This document shows, in pieces, positions 11,601-23,600 of a DNA stretch of 64,000 bases. Each line of letters starts with the position of its first letter. Position 1 is the stretch's first letter. The position numbers and the translations under genes are program-made. Below the pieces are notes generated by a model that worked only from the letters and a program-made list of their open reading frames with translations, had not been told where the DNA came from and did not search any database. The DNA lies in contig NC_092675.1 of assembly GCF_964355755.1 (NCBI RefSeq), positions 28,988,912 to 29,052,911 of the forward strand, given 5' to 3'. This DNA is from Antedon mediterranea. Its lineage: Eukaryota; Animalia; Echinodermata.

Positions 11601-14600
11601 ATAATGAGTTAGACATTGAATGTTGATATCAATGTTCAATTATCATGGTAAATGCACACTTATGGTGTTATGAATGTCATGTAATCGTATGATTCATGTG
11701 CTGTAAAGGTTATATGTGACGTTTAAGAAAATTAGGCTGTAGTGTTTGTGTTCGTCGAAATTCAAATTAAAAAATAGTTTCTTATAACCTCTGTGTACAT
11801 TGCCATTAGAACTGTTTTAAGGAAAACAACTGACACCAACTTAATTTGAACATTTACAATATTATTAGGCTATTTCGTCAAAGACAATAGCCTTTCTCCT
11901 CGAACAGCGAGATAAACTAGAAAAGTAAAAATTATATTTTATTTATTTTCCCCATTTTCTTCCCCGTCATTTTTTAGAATTTTGCCATCACTAAACTACT
12001 GCACAGTATGGTAATTTAATAAAAAATAAAAACTCTCCAAAAACAAGAATTTTTTCAGGTCAAAAACATCTTTTGTACTGACATGTACAAATAATGCTTT
12101 TTCACCAAAAACCTTTTTTCGAGGAGGTCATATCGTTATAATTTACACCCAAAAAATGAGTAACAAAACAATCAGTAAATAAATTACAATTTAAATTTTG
12201 TTTTTAAAGATTTATTAAGGTTATTACATTACCAACAACACTGTTGGTTTGTGTAATGCTGTAAGTGTTTTACTATACAACACAATACGATAATTTTATA
12301 TTAGACAAACCAGTAGTCGACTTTGAATTTGAATTTTTTTTATTGGAAACAATTACCATCGAGTCTGTGCAATTATAAGAACCTCTAAATTGATATCACT
12401 CTGTTTTATTAGTCAATCTCAACGAAGTCTTGCCTTTTAATGATTAAAGAATCGTGTATTAAATTAAAGTGCTATGCGACCCAAAGATGAACTTTAATTT
12501 TAAAAACTTTTAATTATCATTGTTATTAATGTATTGTGAATAAGGACAATTCATTTCAAGCAAGGTTTATTTTATATGTAGTAAAATATATTTTGCACCA
12601 AGATATTTTAACCTATACTTTTATTTATTTTCACTATAAAGCCCTGTCTGCACTATCAAACTTTATGTGATGTGCCCATGGACATGATGATGTCATATTT
12701 CTACCATATTTGGATATATCACTACCATATTTGGGCACCATTTTTGTCACATAAAGTTTGATATTGTAGACAAATCAAAATTCATTCTATAAAGCCCTGT
12801 CTGTACTATCAAACTTTATGTGACAATAAAAATGTGATGGGCCCATGGACATGATGATGTCATATCACTACTGAATTTGAATAAATCACTACCATATTTG
12901 GGTATATCACTACCATACTTGGGCACACCACCATTTTTTGTCACATAAAGTTTGATATTGTAGACAAAGTATCAATTCATGCAGAATGTATTTAAAACAA
13001 AATAAAATGATTTGGGTTTCAAGGAACCAATGAATTGCATGGAAATTTTTTACTTGATGATAAACATTGAATTGCTAATCCATTACTCATTTTGTATCCT
13101 TAAGTGTTTACTATCAGTAATTAACACGATAAACTGACTGAGTCATTCTGCAATCAGTAAAGTGTCAAGCTCTTAGTTTTCACCTTTGACAACAATACAT
13201 CTTTATGTTGAAGTAAATCAATCTTATTGCTTGACATTCTAAACACAGCAGTAACACTCCATGATCTCCCCCGTACATTTAATAACAAGAACAGAATTAA
13301 TAAGTTAAGCATCAACTACCCTGTACATGCCAATCCACAGGTAGTGAGATTAAGCCTTATATACCATGGAGTAACGTAGTATTTCTCCATACACAGTATT
13401 GTAGTTTTCTTATCTTCATCTTTGATGTGCGCCTCTTCCGTAGTACATTATCATGCAAATATTTTTTCTCTCAGCAGTCACAAATTTATATTAATAATTT
13501 TAAAAATTCTTTACATTATTATTTTATTTTATTATAGATGTATTATTCTAGTTGATTATATTTGAAAAAATCAAACACATTTGCCAATAATGTTTAAATT
13601 AGACTTATGTAAAAATATCACTGCTATACAGTACTTAAATTACAGTTGTTGCGTTACAGTAAATCTAAAATCGACAAGAATAAATTTTCAACCCACCATA
13701 AAATAAAATGATTGAATTGATTTGTAGATTAATGTTTGTTAGAATATATCGTTAAATTGTTAATCACCAAATTCTCAGAAAATTGCTGCTTTGTTAGTTT
13801 CGAATACAAATGGTAATTAGTCTCAAAGAAATTTATTAAATAATATTTTCAAATTTTTCTCTCTATGTACAGTAATATAAAACAGGAATTATTAAACATA
13901 GTGTTTGTATTTCACTCTCCTGGTAGCCATTTTGAATTGAAATAAGAATAGCATGCTGTTTATTAATATTCCATGCTAAGTAATTCATTGCATTATATCA
14001 TTCAGCATATGAATTATTACATACTGTAATCTAGCCATTTGTCACTTTTCCGCTTGAGTAAACTCTATTACGAGGATTCATTCATTGAAGGAGCTCATCA
14101 TGATCAGATTGGCTTCTTCCCAGTCATACAGGAAACCATTTTGAAAACGGTTTCTCTTGCATTTTGCCTTCATCTTACTTCTAGGTGTGTTTCAGCAATT
14201 TCATTCATTCAAAATTTGTGTGATTCATCCATTAATTATATTCAGTTTTCGTAGTAGCCTATTCACAATGAATCATAGTATTTTCCATTCATAGTTTAGC
14301 TTCACTAACAATACTGTCATAAATAATTTTATCAATAGCTTTATCATGTTTTATTTGAATATTATTATTAAATAATAATGTCAAGTCTATATCGTGCCTA
14401 GCTTACCTGGATAAACCAACATAAGCCTCTCTCTCCGACGAGAGGTAAACATTACGAAAAGAAGAACATTAATAACATTAATTTTTCCCCACCCCCGTCG
14501 GATAATGGATCAGTCCGCCACCAGTACGCCCTCAAGTGAGACACACCCACTTATCATCGTCATCATTTCTTTTCGTAACGTCGTTGTGTACGTACGTCTT

Positions 14601-17600
14601 TTTCTGAACACATTCCTGGAATTCCTGAGGAATTTGCGATAAAGACTTTATACTGTAGACTGGAAGAGAAGAATAGAGCAAGAAAACGAAGCTAAGTGTA
14701 GTAGATCGTTATCTTGTGGTTGGATACGTTTAGAATCGTTACCCTTGGCTAGTTGCCAGGAGTTAAAATTTAGCGTTGTAAGCCGTTATCCAGTGTGTTT
14801 CACCTGGATAGAAATACTGGAAGATCTTTTGTTGTTCGTTAGGCTAGTGGGGAAAAGTAGGTCTGTTAGATCACCATGCCTAAGCAGGACTGTATTAAAT
14901 GTAGGGGTCCCCGCTCTACCGTGAAGTGGGACCGCCACTTGGAGTGTATAAATTGCCGCACGTGTACCGAGTTGTCGCCGTGAGATGTTTGTGTCCGCTG
15001 GACACCGTCCAAGTTCAAATCGCTCCCTAAGCCTAAAGAGCGCACGGAAGCGGCACCACCTTCGGAGGTGGGTGCCGTTGATACGGCAGGCCCTCCTGTC
15101 GTCGCGCCGGAAGTTAGCCTTCCAGATATGCCTGCACCGGCTGCGGCCTCTGCGGTTCCGGGGGTGAATGAGTTTTCTCCGGGGTTACTGCAAGCCATTG
15201 TTGCAGCTGTGAGAGCTCTGCCGAGGGATGAGCCTGAGGTACCCTCTCAGATTAGACCTCCTCCCCATATTCCATACATTGATGTTGGCCCACAGCAGAC
15301 CTCGTTTTTCGATGGTTCGTCCGTCCGGCAAAGGGATTACGATAGTGACAGGACGATGGCCTCGCTCTCTGACGATGATAGAGATAGCTTACGAGAGCAG
15401 GCCGGGCCAGGGGAGGAAGGTCTGCAGGCGCTAGTTATGCGGACGGTCCCCGCGGTGCTGTCCTTTCTCGGCGTCGATTTCACGTATCGCGAGCCTAAGC
15501 ATACTCCTTCGTCTAAGCGGTTTTCCACTTTTGGCGTACGCACGCCCTTTAAGAAGGTATCTTCGTGCCCGGTTACGCCTCTCGATCCAGAACTTGTGGA
15601 ACGTGTGGAGCTGATCGCTAAAGAGTCCAAGATTCGTAGGCCTATGCCTTATAGCCTGTCATCGGCTTTTCCGGTGCCGCAGAAACAATTCGAACTGTAC
15701 ATCGCGGCGCCGAGCGTCCCGGAGGCAGCGAAGGAACGGGTCCGTGAGGACCAGAACCTGGACCCGTCCAGGACTAATTTTTTGAAGCCTTCGGAATCCC
15801 GGACAGAGGACGTCCTTACGTCCGTCGACAGGGCCGCACGCGAGACGCTTAGAGCCGCCTCTATGGCCGGGTACTTGCTATCCTTTCTGGCTGATCCAGA
15901 ACATCCGCCCCAGGGCGATTCGGACGTGATAGCTCTACTACAGCAGATCATGGGCCTGGTTGTTGATCAACAGGCAACGATCTCATTATCTGCGGCCGCG
16001 GCCCGTCGCGTTAACGTCTTGGGTGCAACTGACATCGCACCGACCGATTTCCGTAGGTTTACTACGTCTGACTCCTTCGGGGCGCAGGACTTGTTCTTTG
16101 GCTCCTTCTCACAGAAGGAGGATAAATGGGCTCGTGAGAGGGAAGCTCGTCGGGAGACAAGAGCGCGCTTCCCGCAAAAACGCCGAGCTAGCAATTCACG
16201 CTCAAGGACAGCCGCACGACCGCCGCCTGTCCCTGCTGCTCCTCAGCAGATGCAGCCTCCCCCGCCGCCACCGGCTCAGCCTATGCAAAGTCAGGCTTCT
16301 ACATCAAGACAGGCTTCACACCCCCCTCGCGGAATGCGAAATAGGGGTGGCAAAGGCGCCACCAACAGGAGTGGTCGCCGGTATTATAATGTGAAGCGCC
16401 GGTGACGGCCCGGGGACGCCCGTCCCTCCAAGCGAGGGCGGGCAGGTGGGGGGTCGCTTGAAACGGTTTTCACGGGTTTGGGAGACCCTGACCACAGACA
16501 GATGGGTTCTCTCCACCGTGACTCACGGGTATCGTATCGAATTTTCGAGCCCTCCGGTGAGCGGAGGTGCCCGGCACACGAGGATTCCGTCAGAGCCGGA
16601 AAAGAGTCAAGCGCTCATGACGGGCCTCGAAGCACTGCTCCAGAAAGGAGCTGTGGTGCATGTTCAAAAGGAACAACTTACGATCCCGGGACACGAATCC
16701 ACCGTTTTCCTCGCCCAGAAAAAATCGGGCGATTGGCGACCCATCCTAAACCTCAAAAGTCTGAACAAGCGGTACATCCGGCCCCGCAGGTTCAGGATGG
16801 AGACTGTCTCATCTATCCTGTTGGGGCTAAGACGAGGGGACTGGGCAGCCACAATAGACTTGAAAGACGCGTACTTTCACGTGCCTATTGCGCAAGAACA
16901 CCAGAGTTGGCTGCGCTTCCGCATTCACGATCAGGTATACCAATTCGTAGCTCTGCCGTTCGGCCTCTCAACGGCCCCACGAGTGTTTACTCGTCTAGTG
17001 AGAACCCTGGCGGCGTTCTTTCATCAACACGGCATCAGAGTGTTCATGTACTTAGACGATTGGTTGATCGTGGCCCAGTCCAGGGACCAGCTGCTGAGCA
17101 GCTTATCTTTTGTCCGCCTCGTGACGGAACAAGCAGGGTTCATAATAAACGAGGAGAAGTCATGTCTTCTCCCTTCTCAGAACCCTCTGTATCTCGGAGC
17201 CCAAATAAATTTGGTTACGGGCCGTGCGTGCCCATCCATCGAGCGTGTGGCCAAGGCAAGAACTGCAGTGCTACATCTTATCAATGCTCAGGCTCCGACG
17301 GCGTACGACTGGCTACGCACCTTGGGGTCACTGGCCAGCTTCGTCGCCCTCGTTCCGTTCTGCCGGTTAAGGATGCGGCCTCTGCATCTGCACCTTCTGG
17401 CAGCGTACCGCCCAAGATCAGACTCTCTACACAAGGTGGTTCCAACGAATGCGTTCATTATCTCGCATCTCGAATGGTGGCTCGTGGAAGACAGGTTACT
17501 TGTGGGCACACCTATACAAAGGTCAATTCCGGATGTCCGTGTGGAAACGGACGCATCCGAAGTAGGCTGGGGCGGTCACATACCGTCTCCGGACATTCGC

Positions 17601-20600
17601 GTCTCCGGCCTCTGGTCGCCCGAGGAGACGCGCGCCCACATCAACCTGCTCGAACTTTGGGCAGTCGAGCGCTCATTGGAGGCTCTTCTTCCCCATCTGG
17701 CAAATCGCCATGTTCTCGTCAATTCCGACAACACAACCGTCGTGGCATACATAAACAGGCAAGGGGGTACACGGTCCCCCACGCTATGTTGCCACACGTG
17801 GACGTTGCTAATGTGGTGTATAAGACACAACATCCAACTGTCAGCGGCCCACATTGCGGGTCGTCTGAACATAGTGGCGGACGCACTGTCCCGTCCACTT
17901 CTACGTCCTACGGAATGGCGTCTTCTTCCAATAATCGCCACCCAGATCTTCAACCACTTTGGGCGGCCCCATGTAGATCTGTTTGCGACGTCAGGCAACA
18001 CGCAGCTCCCGACGTTCTGCAGTCGATATCGGGATGCACATGCGTGGGCGGTGGATGCCCTGTCCATACCATGGGACAACCTTTGGGCATATGCCTTTCC
18101 ACCGATTTCAATACTGCCACTGGTCCTGACGCACATTCAGCGCCATCAATGCCGAGTCCTACTAATAGCGCCGTATTGGCCCAGGCAGCCGTGGTTTCCA
18201 CTGCTTCTGGGCCTTCTGTACGATCAGCCGTTACGTCTTCCGATTCGGAACGACTTGCTGACGCAGGGCCGAGCTCGGTTTGCTCTACCGAACCTCATAT
18301 CCCTCGACCTGACTGTATGGCCATTGTCAGGGATCGTTTCAGAGACTCAGGCATTCCAGATGGTCCGGCCGCCCTCGCGGCGAAATCCCGACGGGAATCC
18401 ACTCTTGCTGTCTACAATAGCCGATTAAAACACTTTTTCGAATGGTGCAAGCGCCAGAAGACCGACCCTATGAAAGTGACTTTGGGCCAGGTCTGCGCTT
18501 TCCTACATTACCTGTTTGAGTCAGGTCTGCAGGTTCGCACCGTATCCGGCTATCGGTCTGCCTTGGCTGCAGTAATTCCGAATTTCAAAGACGGCTCGAC
18601 CATCTCTTCATCCCCTGCAATTTCCAGTTTGCTTCGCGGGATGTTTCGAGAACGGCCTCCTACTAAGGCCCTGATTCCACGTTGGGACGTCAATGTCGTC
18701 CTAGCCGCTCTTATGCGTCCACCCTTCGAGCCCCTGAGTAGGGCATCACTTTACAACCTGACTCTCAAAACTGCCTTTTTGATTGCACTAGCCTCGTGCA
18801 AGCGCAGAGGTGAACTGCATGCTCTTTCTCTGGAGCCAGGGCACATCAGGTTTGAACGGGGTGGCGCGCGGTTGGTTTTTAGGAAAGATTTCCTTGCAAA
18901 ATCTCAGACATTGAACTTCTCGCCGCCGACTGTGTTTATTCCCACCATTGCTGCATATTCAGGGGTTGAGGAAGACAGACTTTGGTGCCCGGTGCGGGCA
19001 CTAAAGTTTTACATCAAACGCACAGAGTCCATTCGGGTCTCAGCGTCACATCTGTTCATATCGACAGTTGCACCCTTCCGACCGGCTGCTCGGTCGACGC
19101 TGGCAAACTGGGTCGTGGCAGCCATCCGGGCTGGTTACGACTCCACAGATACGCCTCCTCCGGCACATATGCACCAAGTGCGTGGCATAGCCGCTTCATG
19201 GGCGCTGTTTGCTGGGGTGCCCCTTCCAGACATCCTGCAAGCGGCATGGTGGCGATCACAGTCCACCTTCACTTCCCACTATCTGTCGGATACCTCCGCA
19301 AACCAGTCTACGGTGGCGGCTTCAATCTTGAAGCCCAGACACTAGGTATGTATGACAATGTTTACCTTGCCTCCCGCCTCCGACTAGACTCTAGTCCGGT
19401 GCTACACTGGCTTATGTTGGTTTATCCAGGTAAGCTAGGCACGATATAGACTACACAAACCAACAGTGGTGTTGGTAGTCTATGAGTGCCGCTTACCTGG
19501 ATAAACGCCCTCCCTACCGTCCCCTCAGGCAGGTGGTCTTGAGAAATGATGACGATGATAAGTGGGTGTGTCTCACTTGAGGGCGTACTGGTGGCGGACT
19601 GATCCATTATCCGACGGGGGTGGGGAAAAATTAATGTTATTAATGTTCTTCTTTTCGTAATGTTTACCTCTCGTCGGAGAGAGAGGCTTATGTTGGTTTA
19701 TCCAGGTAAGCGGCACTCATAGACTACCAACACCACTGTTGGTTTGTGTAATCTATGAATTTGAAGCACACACAAGTATGGTATCAAGCTGCTTCGGTAT
19801 CTGATATTGATACCATTCCAACAAAAATTGTAATTATAACTAGTAGGTTTGTCAAATATAATGTATTAGTTTTAATTTTTAAATAAATAAATAAAAAACA
19901 AAATTATTAGCAGCCATAATATGAAATGTTACAGAATTATTTGATTGAAAAAAGGTAATCGCAGGACAATTCTTCTGTTCTTTGAAAGTGCATACATTAA
20001 ACTTTTTTGAACCGTACTCTACGTTGTCTTTTATCAGTTAGGTTTATCTCTGATTGTGTGATTTATAGTTTTGGGATATGATGTTCGTTCTACATGCAGT
20101 TGTGAGTTCAAAAGTCCTTGGTTGAAATATTCCCAGGATTAAATGAAAATGATACTTAATGAATTATGGGATGCTACTAGAGATAATTGTAACTAACATT
20201 TAACCATTAATGTTTTTGTAATCTTGAGCAATTCATGCATGCTTTCGTTTTAAAGCATAACATTAATTTTAGAATTGTATTCTTTTGATTTACTAACTAC
20301 AATTAAATGCGAGATTAATTTTTATGTTTAGCATTTCTGTCATGTGAGAGTGAAACCATCATAAACAGGGTGTGCCTTCGTCTTGTTTTCATTTATCATG
20401 TGATACAATACTTATCTACCATCTACTGTAGTTGCTCTATGATCCTTTCTACATTTATACTCCTGGACCCATTTATACTCCTGGACCCATTTATACTCCT
20501 GGACCCATTTATACTCCTGGACCCATTTATACTCCTGGACCCATTTATACTCCTGGACCCATTTATACTCCTGGACCCATTTATACTCCTGGACCCATTT

Positions 20601-23600
20601 ATACTCCTGGACCCATTTATACTCCTGGACCCATTTATACTCCTGGACCCATTTATACTCCTGGACCCATTTATACTCCTGGACCCATTTATACTCCTGG
20701 TAAATCATGCCCAATATTTTAGTCTATTTTACAGTAGTCTATTTGTACCTACAGTTATCCTGTGTACCATTTATATAGCCATTAATTAATACACAAACCA
20801 ATAGTGGTTAGTATTTACAGTTAGCCCTTCCTCTGGAGAGCATGGGCTAATTTTGGTTTAGCCAGGTAAAGCTAGGCACAAAATAAACTTTGTCATCCAC
20901 TTGGTTTACATATTGTTATTTATTAAATGTAACATGTACAGGTACCCATTTATACTCCTGGTAAATTTGTCTTTGCCATCCATTTGGTATATTTTTATTT
21001 ACAGTAACATTTTCTGTTTTACCCATTTATACTCCTGTTGCCATTCAAGAACTTATATTTTGATTTAACTATATCTTTTATGTTTGTACCCATTTACATT
21101 ACAGTATATTCCTTATAAATTATGTCTTTGACATCTAGTTACATATTTTATATATTTTTAATTAATAAATTTGTCGGTTTATCCAGGTAAGCTACAGTAG
21201 GCACGAAATAGACACCCATTTGTACTCCTGGTATTAAGTTGTGCAATTTTTTTAATTTTTTTTTCAATTTTTGTATTATTGTTTTACATATTTCGTTTTA
21301 ATAAATTACAGATCAGGGATTGAAGAAACCTATTCCAAGAATATTACCAAGTTGTCAAAATTAGCGTTGAACTCTTCCACTTCAGGGTGAGTACATTATT
21401 CCACATAAGAAAATCTAGTGTGCACAGTGTGTGACTGGTAGGTAGAAGGCACAGGTCTAATTTCACAGAGTAAGGAGAGGGCGTAGTACGACATAAAATA
21501 TGTATAAATAGTACCATTTATTTTGTATGTTTGTTTAATTTGTTGCTCATTCATCAAATACAATTTTACAAATATAATTTTACCTAACCTAACCCTAACC
21601 TTATAAGCTCTAGAACTTGTTTCCATAGGGGTCCTATATGACATTGATAAGCTAAATATAATTCAAGATTATAGGGGAGAAGAGAGAAATGTGCCAACAC
21701 CCCCCCCCCCCCCCCCAAATTGAAATGATCCTACTTACTTTATCTTTAATTTAAATGCATTAGAGATTAAGAGTATGGAACCTGTAGTAATATTTGGGCT
21801 TGGATCCCAAAGAACGCAACACAAAAACCTATGTGTGACAAATTCAGATGACCTCTCATGTTGTGATTGGTCAAATTGCTTGTGGTATGCTTACCGTACG
21901 TCCTTGCGTTGCATCTATGTGGGAACCAAGCGTTAAAGATGATTATGTTTGTGAATTGACTGCTGAACATGTAGTCAGTTTTAACTTTTCATGACTATAC
22001 ACCGATGCTATTATAAATAGTATTGGGCTTGGATGCAATAGAACGCAATGCAAAAACCCTTATATCCTTGTGTTGCATCTACAGTATGTGGGAACCAAGC
22101 ATTAAAGTTGATTATGTTTGTGAATTGACTGCTGAACTTTCTCGGTTTGTCCATTAACCTGTCGTCAGTTCTAACTTTTTATGACCGATGCTATTATATC
22201 ACAAATACAGTAGTATGGAACTTAGGCTTGGATGCAATAGAAAGCAATGCAAAAACCCTTACATCCTTGTGTAGCATCTATGTGGGAACCAAGAATTAAA
22301 GTTGACAATGTTTCTGAATTGACTGCTGAACTTCTCAGTTTGTCCATAAACCTGTCATCAGTTCTAACTTTTCATGACTACATACACCGATGCTATTATA
22401 ATCACAAAGACAAGATTTATCTTCAAACGTGAATTTAGCATGATGATTAGCACTGAAGTTTAACTGGGTTAATGTTTTCTTGTATGTCTTCTGATGACAC
22501 AAGAACTCACAGGATATCTAGATATATGACATCTGAAAATAGGTTAAACATTATATGCATACCTTATATGCAGAAATGTATCATCCATCATAGACTGTGT
22601 ATAGCATAGTATATATCTCGGTATCATTATTTAACAAAACATCAAAGGCAATTCACTGAGGAAAATAAAAATCTGTAGCAGCCAAAAAAGCTGGATTGAG
22701 GATTTTTTTACAAAAGGCCATTAACTAAAAACATCAAAAAAACAAACAATTTCATAAAAAAATAAAATTGAAGCCGCAAAATTGAAAACAAGCGTCGGAG
22801 GTAAATAGTAAAAATCAAAGAGAAAAGATGGGTGACGAACCAATTAAGACTAGTTAGATATTGTAACATTTTTTCTACTATTATAATTGTATATCTTTTG
22901 ATGTATATTATTGTATATATTAATAATGTTCAGTTTCATATTTTAAAGTTGTTTTTTATCTGTTTCTGGGTATTTAAACAGAAATTTATTCTATTCAATC
23001 TACTATAATATTTCCTTTTTAGGACATTTGCACCATTTTGGCAGGTTATAAAAGGTGCAATGGATAAGGTAGCGACAACTCATATCAAATTGATTCAAAA
23101 GCTACATGAATTGGTCAAAGAAGTACACAAATATGGTGAAGAACAGCAGAAGAAACATAAAATCGTAGGTTTACCAATTATAAATTTTTATTTTTACAAT
23201 AATACTTTATAACTAGCCTTTGGTGCATGTTAACTTCCCACATCTTCAATACGCTTTGGATAGTGAGTGTACCGTAAGTTGAAAAGAAAGCTACAGTAGG
23301 CCGATATCAGCATAATTCTATTTAGTTGTTAGTTAGTAGTTAGGTGACAATTTGGTTTGCTTGTTGTTATTTATTTATACTGGGTGAACACTTACTTTCG
23401 ATCAAAGACTGTTCTCCCAGGGGACCCAGTTATGATCAGTGGCTGTGAGTGTACTAGTACACATGGGTAACCCCCTACTTGTTTCAAAAGATGTACTAGA
23501 TTCTTTAAAGTGCACATGAGCTGGATTTGTACACAGGACCTACGGTTTATAGTCCTTATCTGAAAAGACCCATTCTACTAATCTTTGTTCAAGTCACTGG

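Larger units (their letters stand above)
14385..19750 (+). mobile_element. Full-length DIRS1-type tyrosine-recombinase retrotransposon in FCHO intron 2
   Basis: 170-bp inverted terminal repeats (14401-14570 / 19542-19711) and a right-end extension to 19750. Internal complementary region 19409-19506. gag, RT/RNaseH/MT and YR ORFs. No target-site duplication. Confidence 0.95.

Noticed and set aside
18982-19449. 155-aa alternative-frame ORF shared by both DIRS copies (also 448-915)
   Set aside because: Shared only because the copies are recent relatives; no recognisable motif.
21583-21716. CCTAACCTAACCCTAACC and a C17 run as telomeric or G-quadruplex signals
   Set aside because: Too short for an interstitial telomere; such motifs are common in repeat relics.
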